Translations under genes and position numbers: made by a program
The notes under the pieces: generated by a model
What the model was told of the DNA's origin: nothing
The model's database searches: none
Seen by the model: the letters and a program-made list of their open reading frames with translations, nothing else
In this document: piece after piece, positions 10,127-20,469 of the stretch
How positions within the stretch are numbered: the stretch's first letter is position 1
Layout: each line of letters begins with the position of its first letter
Assembly (NCBI GenBank): GCA_963719315.1
Contig: CAVRBU010000002.1
Location: 1,184,001 to 1,248,000 of the forward strand
Direction: 5' to 3'
DNA length: 64,000 bases
From: an uncultured Planctomycetota bacterium
GTDB taxonomy: Bacteria > Planctomycetota > Planctomycetia > Pirellulales > Lacipirellulaceae

Positions 10127-10726
10127 GAAACCGACTTGATATAGTGAGACAAATCAGCCGCGAACGTCGCATATCATGACGTAGCGACGGGTGCCCCGCC
10201 CGCCGGTTTCTCCGTAAATCGAACGGCGATCGAGCCGCCCATCGCCCAAAGGGAAGCTGCCCCATGGCCGATCCGAACAACGCAAAGTCGATTTTCCTGG
10301 CTGCCAGCGAGAAACCGCCGGCTGAGCGGCCCGCATTCTTGGACGAAGCCGTCGCCGGCGACACCAGGCTCCGCGCGGGTCGAAGCACTGCTCAAAGCCC
10401 ACGAGAATCCCGACAGTTTCCTGAAAGAGCCGGCCGCTGTGTTCGCCGCCACAATCGACTTGTCTCCCGCCGATCCGCCGCTGGCCGAGCGCCCGGGCAC
10501 CGTCATCGGCCCGTACAAGCTCCTGCAGCAGATCGGCGAAGGTGGCATGGGCGTCGTCTTCATGGCCGAGCAGACCGAGCCGATCCAGCGGACCGTCGCG
10601 CTCAAAATCATTAAGCCCGGCATGGACACCCGGCAAGTGATCGCCCGCTTCGAGGCCGAGCGGCAAGCGCTCGCCATGATGGACCACCCCAACATCGCCC
10701 GCGTGATCGACGCCGGAACGACGGGC

Positions 10727-11753
10727 GAAAAAGGGGACGGGAGTGCTCAGTAGAAAACGTCTGAATGCTAGCTAAACATCGGTGTGTGTTGGTTCGTATG
10801 ACGGTGGATGAAGACGAGCAAGAGTCCGAAGCGCGTGTTGGTCGAGGCACTGGCCGTGGCCCAGGCTTCGCTGCCGCGGTACTCGCATCGGTTCAGCCCA
10901 CGGGTCTTCACGCAGCATCAACTGTTTGCCTGTCTGGTGCTCAAGGATTTTTACAACCTGACCTATCGGGGCACCGTTGGCCTGTTGGCGGACAGCGATT
11001 CGCTGTGCGAAGCGATCGGCCTGGAAAAGGTGCCCCACTTCACGACGCTGCAAAAGTCGGCCGATCGGTTGTTGGTGAAGAAGTCGTTTCAACGGCTGAT
11101 CACGGCCACGGTCCAGCGGGCACGGAAGGCCAAGCTGCTCCGCCGCTCCGTGCGATTGGCAGCCATCGACACCAGCGGCTTCGAAGCGCGGCACACCAGT
11201 CGCTACTATGCCTGGCGTCGAAAAAAGGTGGGAAAACACGGACGAACGTGCGCCGTCTCCTATCGCCGCTACCCCAAGCTGGGCGTGGTCTGCGACACGA
11301 CGAGTCATTTCTGCCTGGCGGCCCGGGCTAGCCAGGGACCGCGGCCCGACTTCGGCGATTTCCGCCCGCTCGTCGTCGAAGCGCAGGCTCGCACCGGAGT
11401 GAAGGCGGTCGCGGCGGACGCCGGCTTCGACAGCGAAGCCAACCACGTGTTGGCCCGCGACGAACTGGGGATTCAGTCCCTGATCCCCGCCGAGCACGGC
11501 CGACCGCCGGCCGGGGAACCCGTGGGCCGCTATCGAAAGCAGATGAAACGTCATTTGCACGAAAGTCGTTATGGACAACGTTGGCAGGTGGAAACCGTCT
11601 ACTCGATGATCAAACGTCTCTCGGGAGAAGTCGTCAACGCCCGCACCCACTGGCGCCGCTGCCGACTCCTGCTCCTCAAAACACTCACTCACAACATCTC
11701 GATTCTCAGACAACACCTAGGTTTTCTACTGAGCAACTCCCGTCCCCTTTTTC
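10727..11753 (+). mobile_element. IS5-family-like insertion element with long inverted ends
   Basis: Left GAAAAAGGGGACGGGAGT-GCTCAGTAGAAAAC, right GTTTTCTACTGAGC-A-ACTCCCGTCCCCTTTTTC. Removing 10727-11753 restores DAGTTGAGRPYF in frame. Confidence 0.85.
10808..11734 (+). CDS. DDE transposase (IS5-like, DDE_Tnp_1); no in-frame stop inside the element
   Basis: AIDTSGF, AADAGFDSE and YGQRWQVETVYSMIKR motifs. Confidence 0.85.
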
Positions 11754-14229
11754 GCTGGCCGTCCCTACTTCGTCATGGAACTGGTAAAAGGCGTGCCGAT
11801 CACCGACTACTGCGACCAGCAACACCTGCCGGTCCGCGAGCGTCTGGAATTGATGGCCACCGTTTGCCAGGCTGTCCAGCATGCCCACCAAAAAGGAATC
11901 ATCCACCGCGACATCAAACCAACCAACGTCCTGGTCGCCGAGTACGACGGAAAACCCGTCCCCAAGGTGATCGACTTCGGCGTGGCCAAGGCGACCGCTC
12001 AGCGGCTGACCGAGAAGACGATGTTCACCGAGTTGGGCCAGATGGTCGGGACGGTGGAGTACATGAGTCCTGAACAGGCCCGCTTCAACCAACTCGACGT
12101 TGACACCCGCAGCGACATTTATTCTCTCGGTGTGTTGCTCTACGAGCTCTTAACCGGCTCGACTCCGTTCGCACGGAAGCGCCTGCAGGAGGCGGCGTTT
12201 GACGAAATGCTGCGGATCATTCGCGAAGAAGAGCCACCCAACCCCAGCACGCGGCTCAGCACGGCCGATGCGCTCCCCTCGATTGCCGCCAACCGCAGCC
12301 TAGAGCCCTTGAAACTGAACCGGTTAGTGCAGGGCGAGCTGGACTGGATCGTGATGAAATCGCTAGAGAAGGACCGCAACCGGCGCTACGAAACGGCCAA
12401 CGGCTTCGCTGCCGACATCGAGCGCTACTTGCACGACGATACGGTGCAAGCCTGCCCGCCATCGTGCGCCTACCGCTTCCGCAAGTTCACCCGACGCAAC
12501 AAGCGGCCGTTGATTGCCGCCTCTTTGATCTTGCTGACGTTGATCGCCGGTATGCTCGGGACCACGAGTGGCTTGATCCGTGCGGAGAAGGCTCGCCAAA
12601 CTGCGGAGGCGCGCGAAGCGGAAACGCGCGCAGTGCTTGATTTCGTGCAAGTAAAGGTGCTTGCTGCCGCCGGGCCGGAAGGCACGCAAGGTGGGCTGGG
12701 CCGCGATGTGACTCTCCGCAAGGCCGTCGAAGCCGCTCTGCCGTTCGTCGAAACGAGCTTCCTTAACCATCCGCAGATTGAGGCCCAGTTGCGGTCGACG
12801 TTCGGAACTGCATTCTCCAACTTGGGGGAAGCGGGCCAGGGGGCTGAGCAATTCCGGAAGGCCCGCCTGCTGTTCAGCGAATGCCTGGGCCCCGACTGCC
12901 CCGAGGCGCTCGAGAGCATGAGCAATTTGGCCAACTGCTACTTTGACCTTGGCCGGTACGCCGATGCCCTCAAGCTTCGCGAGGAAGCGCTGGCATTGTG
13001 TAAGTCCAAGCTCGGCCTCGATCACCGCGACACGTTGTGGAGCATGAACAACCTAGCTAACAGCTACGCGGCAGCTGGACGCCACGCCGACGCCCTCAAG
13101 CTTCACGAGGAGGCGCTGGCGATGTGTAAGTCCAAGCTTGGCCCCGACCACCCCGAAACGCTAAGGGCAATGATGAACGTGGCCAATAGCTATGAGTCCT
13201 TCGGCCGGCATCTCGAAGCCCTCAAGCTTCGCGAGGAGACGCTTGCGCTGCAGAAGGCCAAGCTTGGCCCCGACAATATCGACACGCTTCGCAGCATGAA
13301 CAACCTGGCCAACAGCTATTCCCATCTCGGCCGGGACGCTGACGCTCTCAAGCTCCGCGAGGAGACGCTCGCGCTGGAGATGGCCAAGCTTGGATCCGAT
13401 CACCCCGACACACTCATGACCATGGGCAATTTGGCCGTCAGCTATTCGAAACTTGGCCGTGAAGCCGACGCTCTCAAGCTCCGCAAAGAGACCCTGGCGC
13501 TGGATAAAGAAAAACTCGGCCCGGAACACCCCAGAACGTCGCTTGACATGCACAACTTGGCCAACAGCTACACTGCCCTCGGGCGGTACGCCGATGCGCT
13601 CAAGCTCCATGAAGAGGCGCTGGCGTTGCAGAAAGCCAAGCTCGGACCTAATCACCCCGACACTCTGATGTCGATGGAGGGCGTGGCCTCTAGTCTCGTC
13701 GAACTTGATCGCAGCGCCGAGGCCTGGCCGATCATCGACGAGTGCCTGAAGCGGGCGGATGGCCAGCAAGTCCAGCCGGTTGTGATTTGGCGCTTGTTAA
13801 AACTTCGATTGCGACATTTCCAAAAGGCGCAGGATGCGACCGGCTGCGGGGAAACCGCCGAAATGTGGGAGAAACTTGGGCGTACGGATGCAGGTGGCCC
13901 GTACAACGCGGCCTGTTTTCGCGGGGTCACGGCCGCGGTCGTCGAGCGCGATCCGAAGATTCCTGCCGCTGACGCCGCTCGGCTCGCTCAGGAGGAGGCC
14001 GACCGGGCGATGGAGTGGCTGAAGCTAGCCGTCGCCGCCGGACACAGCGATGCCCAGTTCATCAAGCAGGACGCCGATCTCGATATCTTGCGCGAGCGGA
14101 AGGATTTCAAGAAGCTTGTCGCCGAATTGGAGAGCAAGGCGAAAGGGGAAGGACAGATAAAGGACAAATCGGAAGTCAAGGATCAGGGGCTAACAAAGAA
14201 GTCGGATTGACCCCCGATTCCTGGCAACT

Positions 14230-14326
14230 AAGAAAAAGCGGCCGGTGAGGCTTACCGCGAAGCAAGCTCCTCACCGGCCCAGCATCTCCTCGGCGCTCGT
14301 TTTGCGCCGGGGGCGATGACTTTTTA
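14230..14326. repeat. Structured ~97-bp repeat, copy 1 (two hairpins flanked by A- and T-tracts)
   Basis: Highly similar to 16212-16308; stems GGCCGGTGAGG/CCTCACCGGCC and CCTCGGCGC/GCGCCGGGG. Confidence 0.9.
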
Positions 14327-14422
14327 ATTGTAACGCAGAACACACACGAAAAACGTCATGAAGCGTCACTTTTCTGTCGCTCGCTTTGCGCCGACCGTCT
14401 TAGCCCTACTAGGAGATGTTCG

Positions 14423-15567
14423 ATGATGATCATCGTTTTCGGAACCGTCTTGCCGTGGCTGTTGATTGCTATTGGAACCTGGCTCGCGTATGAGCTCGTG
14501 CGCCAGAATGGCCGCATCCTGTTGCGTCTGGAGGCGATCGAGCAGCAATTCGGGCTTGGCCCGCGGCGTGGCGTCGGGACGCAGCGGCCGGAGGCCGGCG
14601 GTCTGCAGTTCGGCGCGGTGGCGCCGGACTTTGAGCTTCCCGATCTCGCGGGCGTGCGCCACAAACTTTCCGAGTTTCGTGAACGGAATGTATTGCTCGT
14701 ATTCTTCAACCCGCAGTGCGGGTACTGCACGCAGATGGCCGCCGACCTGGCCGCCCTGCCGGCCGCGGCAGGCAACCGGCGGGCGGTCCCGGTCGTGGTT
14801 ACGACCGGCGATGCCGCGAGGAGAACCGGAAGCTGGTCGAGCGTTACGGCATTCGTTGTCTGGTCCTCTTGCAGGAGCAAATGGAGGTCGCCGCGAAGTA
14901 TCAAGCCCAGGGAACACCGATGGGATATCGGATCGACGGCGCGGGACGAATCGCCAGCGAGCTAGCCGTGGGGGCCGAGCCTCTGCTGCAACTGGCAACC
15001 ACGCTCGCGCCCGACTCGGTCGAACGGGGCGCAGCACTCAAAGGCTCCGCGCCGCACGGCGCGAACGACGATCCCTCGCTGGCTCGCAGTCGCCTGAACC
15101 GTAGCGGACTGAAGGCCGGCCTCCCGGCGCCAGATTTCCAGTTACCGCGGATTGACGAAGGCGAGCTTGCGTTGACGGACTTCCGGGGCGAACGCGTGCT
15201 GCTGGTGTTTTCCGATCCCGACTGCGGCCCCTGCGATGAGCTGGCGCCGCAACTACAATCGCTTCACCTACGGCGGCCGGAGCTGCAGGAGCTGGTCGTG
15301 AGCCGGCGTGACGTAGAGGCGAATCGCGCCAAGGTGTCCAGCCTGGGGCTGACTTTTCCCATTGTGCTGCAGAAGCAGTGGGAAGTCTCGCGCAAGTACG
15401 GGATGTTCGCCACGCCCATCGGCTATCTGATCGACGAGCAAGGAATTCTTGTGAGCGACGTCGCCGTGGGAGTCGGTCCGATTCTGGCTCTGGCCAGCGA
15501 AGGGGCGCATGAATCGTACGAAAGCGAGTCAATTCGCCGCGAGGCGGAACAAGCCTTAACGATCTGA
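14423..15567 (+). CDS. Membrane-anchored tandem TlpA/AhpC-TSA redoxin (MauD-like), frameshift near 14815
   Basis: N-terminal TM plus two APDF.LP..LLVF..PxCxxC domains (CGYC, CGPC). Confidence 0.8.
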
Positions 15568-15614
15568 GTTGAATTGAGACTACTACATATTCTACAAGAA
15601 ACGAGGTATCGATC

Positions 15615-16130
15615 ATGGAACGTCTCGACGAATTATCGAAGTTATTGACACGGTCGGTGTCGCGGCGCGAATCGCTCCGGGGCATTGGGACCGCATTGGC
15701 CGGAGTGGTATTTGGTTCTCTGGGCGTTGGAACCGCCTGGGCCGCCAGGCCGGATCGGTGTACCGCCTTCTGCCGGTCGTGTCCCACCAGGAAGCGGCGG
15801 AATCAATGCGTGGCGGCCTGCCGGTCGTGCAACGGCAACACCAACCGCCTCTGTGGAAGTTGTGGAAACTTTACCTGTTGCCCCACGGGGACGACCTGCT
15901 GCAACGGGACCTGCACCAGCATGAATTCCGATCCGCACAACTGCGGCGCCTGTGGATACGTATGCCCTGCGTCGGCTCCCATCTGTAACCAGGGAGCGTG
16001 CTTTGATTGCCCGCCGGGTACTGATTTTTTATGGGATTCAAGGAACTGTGGCGGGTGTGGCATTGTCTGCCCCGCGCAATTTGGCTGCTCATGGGGCGTC
16101 TGTGAGAGTATTTGTATTGGCTGCGAATGA
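15615..16130 (+). CDS. Exported Cys-rich repeat protein (26 Cys) with twin-Arg-like leader
   Basis: SRRESLRG plus a hydrophobic stretch ending AWA; two D..NCGxCG.VC repeats. Confidence 0.85.
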   Translation: MERLDELSKLLTRSVSRRESLRGIGTALAGVVFGSLGVGTAWAARPDRCTAFCRSCPTRKRRNQCVAACRSCNGNTNRLCGSCGNFTCCPTGTTCCNGTCTSMNSDPHNCGACGYVCPASAPICNQGACFDCPPGTDFLWDSRNCGGCGIVCPAQFGCSWGVCESICIGCE

Positions 16131-16211
16131 TTCGGCCGCCAGGATCACCATTGGCTGGGGCGGTGTGCAGAGTTATGCCAGACCCCAACTCCATTTTGTA
16201 TCGACCTGATC

Positions 16212-16308
16212 AAGAAAAGCGGCCGGTGAGGCTTACCACGAAGCAAGCTCCTCACCGGCCCGGCATCTCCTCGGCGCTCAGTCTGCGCCCGGGGCTATGA
16301 CTTTTTTT
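16212..16308. repeat. Structured ~97-bp repeat, copy 2
   Basis: Direct repeat of 14230-14326, ending 30 bp upstream of the ATG at 16338. Confidence 0.9.
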
Positions 16309-16337
16309 ACCGCAGACCCGAAATTGGGAACACATTC

Positions 16338-17750
16338 ATGACAAATACTCGAACGACTAGTTGCGTCGTCGTGCTCGCGGCGTTCGCCCTATCGGTCGCC
16401 ACGGCTTCGCACGCCGCTTCGTACACTGTCACCGATTTAGGAACGCTGGGAGGGTCCGATAGTTTTGGATCGGGACTCAATGTCGGCGGTCAGGTCGCAG
16501 GCGCCTCCTACGCGACCGGTGACGCCGCCTATCACACTTTTCTATGGAAACCAGCCACGCCGAATGGCGCGAGCGGCACGAAGACCGACCTCCTAACGCT
16601 GGGCGGAACGCAAAGCTATGGGAACGGCCTCAATGCCAGCGGCCAGGTGACGGGCGAGTCCTCCACGACCGGAGACGCGGCCACTCACGCATTTTTGTGG
16701 AAACCAACAACGCCGGGCGGCGCCAGCGGCACCATGTTCAACCTGGGAACGCTCGGTGGAACCGACAGCCACGGCTACGGCATCAACGCCACCGGTCAGA
16801 TAACAGGCGATTCGGACAGGACCGGAGACTCGACCACGCACGCATTTCTGTGGAAACCATCGGTGCCTAACGGCACGAGCGGCACGATGCACGACTTGGG
16901 ATCGCTCGGCGGAACCGAAAGTGATGGGGGCGCGATCAATGCCAGCGGTCAGGTATCTGGATCGTCCCTGACGACGGGAGACGCGGCCTACCACGCATTT
17001 TTGTGGAAACCAACGACGCCGAACGGCACCAGCGGCACGATGCACGACCTCTTGACCCTTGGAGGAACAGAGAGTTATGGAGGAACCATCAATACCAACG
17101 GTCAGGTAGCAGGTTTTTCCTACACAGCCGGGGACGCGGCCTACCACGCCTTCCTATGGACGCCAACGACGCCGAACGGCACCAGCGGCACGATGCTGGA
17201 CCTGACAACGCTGGGCGGGCTCAACAGCTACGGCTACAACGTCGGTGCCCTCGGTCAGGTGGTCGGCGCGTCCGAAGTAGCAACCAATATCTCCATCAAC
17301 GAGCACGCATTTCTGTACACAAGCGGCAGCGGCATGGTGGATCTGAATACGCGGATCGACCCGCTCTCCGGTTGGGAGTTATTGGACGCATCCGACATCA
17401 ACGACGCCGGGCAGATCACGGGACAGGGGCTGATCGGCGGCCAGTACCACGCGTATTTGCTCACGCCCGCTCTCACAATTCCCGGCGACTTCAACGGCAA
17501 CGGCACCGTCGACGCCGCCGACTACATCGTCTGGCGGAAGACCGATGGCACGCAGACCGGATACAACGCGTGGCGCACCCACTTCGGCCAAACCGCCGGC
17601 TCCGGTTCGGCTGCCACTGGCGGGGTACCCTCTGGGTCCAGTGCCTCAAACGCCATTCCCGAGCCAGGATCGCTCGTATTAGTTCTGCCTGCCATTCTGG
17701 GGTTGTTCACGATTCCCCGCGGCCGAGCGCCGGCCAAAAATCGAATCTAG
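16338..17750 (+). CDS. HAF-repeat extracellular protein with dockerin-like domain and PEP-CTERM anchor
   Basis: Signal peptide; ~6 DLGTLGG..INASGQV.G..HAFLW repeats; GDFNGNGTVDAADY; IPEP-TM-basic tail. Confidence 0.92.
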   Translation: MTNTRTTSCVVVLAAFALSVATASHAASYTVTDLGTLGGSDSFGSGLNVGGQVAGASYATGDAAYHTFLWKPATPNGASGTKTDLLTLGGTQSYGNGLNASGQVTGESSTTGDAATHAFLWKPTTPGGASGTMFNLGTLGGTDSHGYGINATGQITGDSDRTGDSTTHAFLWKPSVPNGTSGTMHDLGSLGGTESDGGAINASGQVSGSSLTTGDAAYHAFLWKPTTPNGTSGTMHDLLTLGGTESYGGTINTNGQVAGFSYTAGDAAYHAFLWTPTTPNGTSGTMLDLTTLGGLNSYGYNVGALGQVVGASEVATNISINEHAFLYTSGSGMVDLNTRIDPLSGWELLDASDINDAGQITGQGLIGGQYHAYLLTPALTIPGDFNGNGTVDAADYIVWRKTDGTQTGYNAWRTHFGQTAGSGSAATGGVPSGSSASNAIPEPGSLVLVLPAILGLFTIPRGRAPAKNRI

Positions 17751-17829
17751 AAATCAGCGCCCAATCTGCTACATTCGATCTCCGCGCAGAAAACCCCGGC
17801 GCTCGTTCTTTGGCAACCAGGAGTAACCA

Positions 17830-17911
17830 GTAGGTCCCGCTTGCCGAGCGGGACCTCAGCGGCTGTGCGCGCTCCACCCGCACGGAGGTCCCTTCCGGCA
17901 GAAGGGACCTA
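17830..17911. repeat. GTAG-type REP doublet
   Basis: gtaggtcccgc-ttgccga-gcgggacct ... aggtcccttc-cggca-gaagggacct. Confidence 0.75.
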
Positions 17912-18219
17912 ATTCGTGGGCCTCTCCCGAAGAGCGAGTGAGACGCTCGGTTAGCGCATCAAAGAACGTAAACTCCCAAACTTTTGCCCGCCGCCGTGCG
18001 TGCCTCATCGCGGGTTTTGCAGAGCGGCGCGCCCTGCTGGTCGAGCAAAACGAAAGACTTTAGGACGCGTTCCATGGGACCCCTTTGGACTGCCAAAACA
18101 CATCCTTTGGCCACCAAAGAAGTTACGTACAGCTTGCCCCGACACCCCTCGTAAAACTGCGTGGCGCAGGGAATACGTGCACTTCTGGCACGAACAGCGC
18201 CGATCGGTCGTACATAACA

Positions 18220-18396
18220 CCCGCGCTGGCGGCGCGCTTGGATCGCCAGGCCGATCAGCGTCCAGTCGCGGCGCTACCCTCCGCCGCGTCGCTGTCGGCC
18301 GTGCCCGAACCCTCACCCGCTGTCTTGTGCCTCATCGCCGCCATCGGTCTAGGCATCAATCACTGCCGCTGTATGCCGGCCAAAAATCGTTGCTGA
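18220..18396 (+). pseudogene. Orphan PEP-CTERM C-terminal fragment
   Basis: ..SAASLSAVPEPSPAVLCLIAAIGLG..PAKNRC*; shares the PAKNR ending with 16338-17750; no signal peptide upstream. Confidence 0.6.
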
Positions 18397-18431
18397 ATTC
18401 GAGCCCGCGTTGTGCCACTTCCCCCAAAACG

Positions 18432-18462
18432 AAAACGCCCCGGCGCGGTGGCCGGGGCGGTT
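18432..18462 (-). terminator. Hairpin terminator downstream of 18497-19012
   Basis: aaaa-cgccccggc-gcggtg-gccggggcg (the A-tract is the U-tract on the minus strand). Confidence 0.6.
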
Positions 18463-18496
18463 GAGTTACTGAGATAGCGGTTGTCACCAGCGGCTA

Positions 18497-19012
18497 TTAG
18501 AAGCCCGAGGCCGAGCGGAACATCGGCTGGCTGTTGCCCATCGACGGGCTCGAGCTGCTGCCGATGCTGGCGGCCACTGGCTGCGGGGCCGGTTTGTTGA
18601 TTCGGCTCGGCGCAGCACTGCTGCGCTCGGTCGGAATCAGATCCTGCTCGATCACCTGCAGCAGCTTCGAGATGCACAACTTGTTCATGCTAGTCCGCAG
18701 GTCGTGAGCCTCGGTTCGCAAGTACTCGTGCATGCTCTTCGGCAGCCGGACCGTGATAACGCGGGTCGGCTCGCTTTCGGTGTCGGTAGCGCTCTTCTGC
18801 TCGCGGAGCTTGACCAGCCATTTCTGGATCTGGTCGAATTCCTGGCTTTTCTCGAACGCGGTCAAGTCTTCCAGACGCGTGAACTGGCGACGGACGATTC
18901 CGTCGACACCGAGAATCTCGCGGAAGAACGTGACCCAGTCCGGCTCAGATTCATAGAGCTGGCGGGCCGTTTGCAGGATGGGTTGGTACTTCTCCGTCGA
19001 TTGGGTAAGCAC
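18497..19012 (-). CDS. Protein with ribbon-helix-helix (HicB C-terminal-like) DNA-binding segment
   Basis: TRVITVRLPKSMHEYLRTEAH..TSMNKLC RHH pattern. Confidence 0.65.
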   Translation of the reverse strand: MLTQSTEKYQPILQTARQLYESEPDWVTFFREILGVDGIVRRQFTRLEDLTAFEKSQEFDQIQKWLVKLREQKSATDTESEPTRVITVRLPKSMHEYLRTEAHDLRTSMNKLCISKLLQVIEQDLIPTERSSAAPSRINKPAPQPVAASIGSSSSPSMGNSQPMFRSASGF

Positions 19013-19338
19013 GGCGATTGTCTCCTTCCAGGTCGTGCGGAATACGATGTGGCCGGGCGGCCACGATTCGGGTCGTTATTTAGTGGCATTCTAAAAAGGC
19101 GACAAGTGCAATCATGCATCTCCTTGCATTGCTTGCACTTACGCTAGCAGCTAGCGATTGCCTATATGCAGGCAATGCCTGCATAAGAAATGGGCGGACC
19201 CCTCGTGCCTAGTTCTTAGGCAGCCGAACCTGTCCCATTGGACGTAGTGTCCCGCTGGCAGGGTTCTTAGAAAAACCTGAGCTAAAGCCTCGGGTTTTAT
19301 GGGCTGATAGTCAGCTAGAACGCTGCAAGTCAGCAAGT

Positions 19339-20271
19339 TCAAGCATTAGCCAATCTTTTTTTGACCCGCTCCAGAAGTTGCTTGGTCAATTTGACGCCCT
19401 CCATTTCGCCGGGCGTCTCCCCTTCCCACTCGATCCCCACGTAACCGTGGTAACCTGCGTCGAGTACGATTTTCATCATTTTGAAATAGTCGATCTCGGC
19501 CTCGTTCCCGTCTTTGTCGAAGACGTGGCTCTTGGCGCTCACCCCCTTGGCGAACGGCATCATATCCGCCACGCCCTCATAGCGGTCGTACTTCTCGGTC
19601 GGGCTGATGTTGAAGTTCCCGAAGTCGGGCAACGTTCCGCAGTTCGTCAGACCCACGTCCTTAATGACGCCGGCCAGCCATTTGCCGTTCGACGAGATCC
19701 CGCCGTGGTTCTCGACGATCACGTTCATGCTATGCTTGGCGCCGAACTCGCTCAGACGGCGTAGCCCATCCACGGCATGTTCGTGCTGATCCTGCGGCTT
19801 GCCTGAGGACCGAGCGTTCACCCGAATCGAATGGCAGCCCAAGATCTTGGCCGCCTCGACCCATTTGTAATGATTCTCGACGGCCTTGGTCCGCTTGGCG
19901 TCGTCGGGATCGCCGAGGTCACCCTCATTGTCGCACATGATCAGCCCGCTGCGGACGCCATTGTCCTCGCACCGCTTCTTGAGCTGCTTGAGGTACGAGT
20001 CGTCCTTCGCCTTATCCATGAAGAACTGATTGACGTACTCGACGCAGTCAATATCGAAATCGCGTTTGGCAACGAGCGGGAAGTCGAGATTGTCCATCTT
20101 GCCGCTGTTGAGCGCGCGGTGGAACGACCATTCGGCGAGCGAAATCTTGAACAGAGGATCGGAATTCTCTGCGGCACTCGCAGCAGAGTTAGGCAGTGAG
20201 CTGAGGCCCATCGCGGCTCCGGCCGCCGCCGTTGTCCGAAGAAAATTCCGCCGATCGAGTGAGCCGCTCAT
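19339..20271 (-). CDS. Tat-exported sugar phosphate isomerase/epimerase (AP-endonuclease-2 TIM barrel)
   Basis: DRRNFL leader; [20 protein letters not shown] and YVGIEWEG motifs. Confidence 0.9.
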   Translation of the reverse strand: MSGSLDRRNFLRTTAAAGAAMGLSSLPNSAASAAENSDPLFKISLAEWSFHRALNSGKMDNLDFPLVAKRDFDIDCVEYVNQFFMDKAKDDSYLKQLKKRCEDNGVRSGLIMCDNEGDLGDPDDAKRTKAVENHYKWVEAAKILGCHSIRVNARSSGKPQDQHEHAVDGLRRLSEFGAKHSMNVIVENHGGISSNGKWLAGVIKDVGLTNCGTLPDFGNFNISPTEKYDRYEGVADMMPFAKGVSAKSHVFDKDGNEAEIDYFKMMKIVLDAGYHGYVGIEWEGETPGEMEGVKLTKQLLERVKKRLANA

Positions 20272-20469
20272 GATGGAAGCCTCCCAAGAAACGAAGTTCA
20301 ACGCAAGGCCGACTGCCGCTGGTGAAATGCCATCTAGGAAACAGCATTATGGGATCAGAATCGTTGGACGGCAACCAATTTGATCGCGGGCCGCTCAATC
20401 GGCTATATTTGGCGGCACGAATATTACCACGCACAGGTGCCTGTCCTAATTCCAACGGGAGTTTTGTCG

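Larger units (their letters stand above)
10264..14210 (+). pseudogene. Ser/Thr protein kinase with TM segment and ~7 42-aa TPR repeats, interrupted by an IS (also a frameshift near 10375)
   Basis: GEGGMG, VALKIIK and HPNIARV lie before the insertion. PYFVMELV, HRDIKPTN, DFGVAK, YMSPEQ and repeated HPDTL..MNNLA follow it. Confidence 0.9.

Noticed and set aside
10144..10173. GTGAGAC..CGCAT as an ECF promoter
   Set aside because: The position is plausible, but I found no second instance with the same spacing in the window to support it.
16430..17330. Near-identical DNA repeats as a DGR template/variable repeat
   Set aside because: They are in-frame HAF protein repeats, there is no reverse transcriptase, and I saw no adenine-specific variation.
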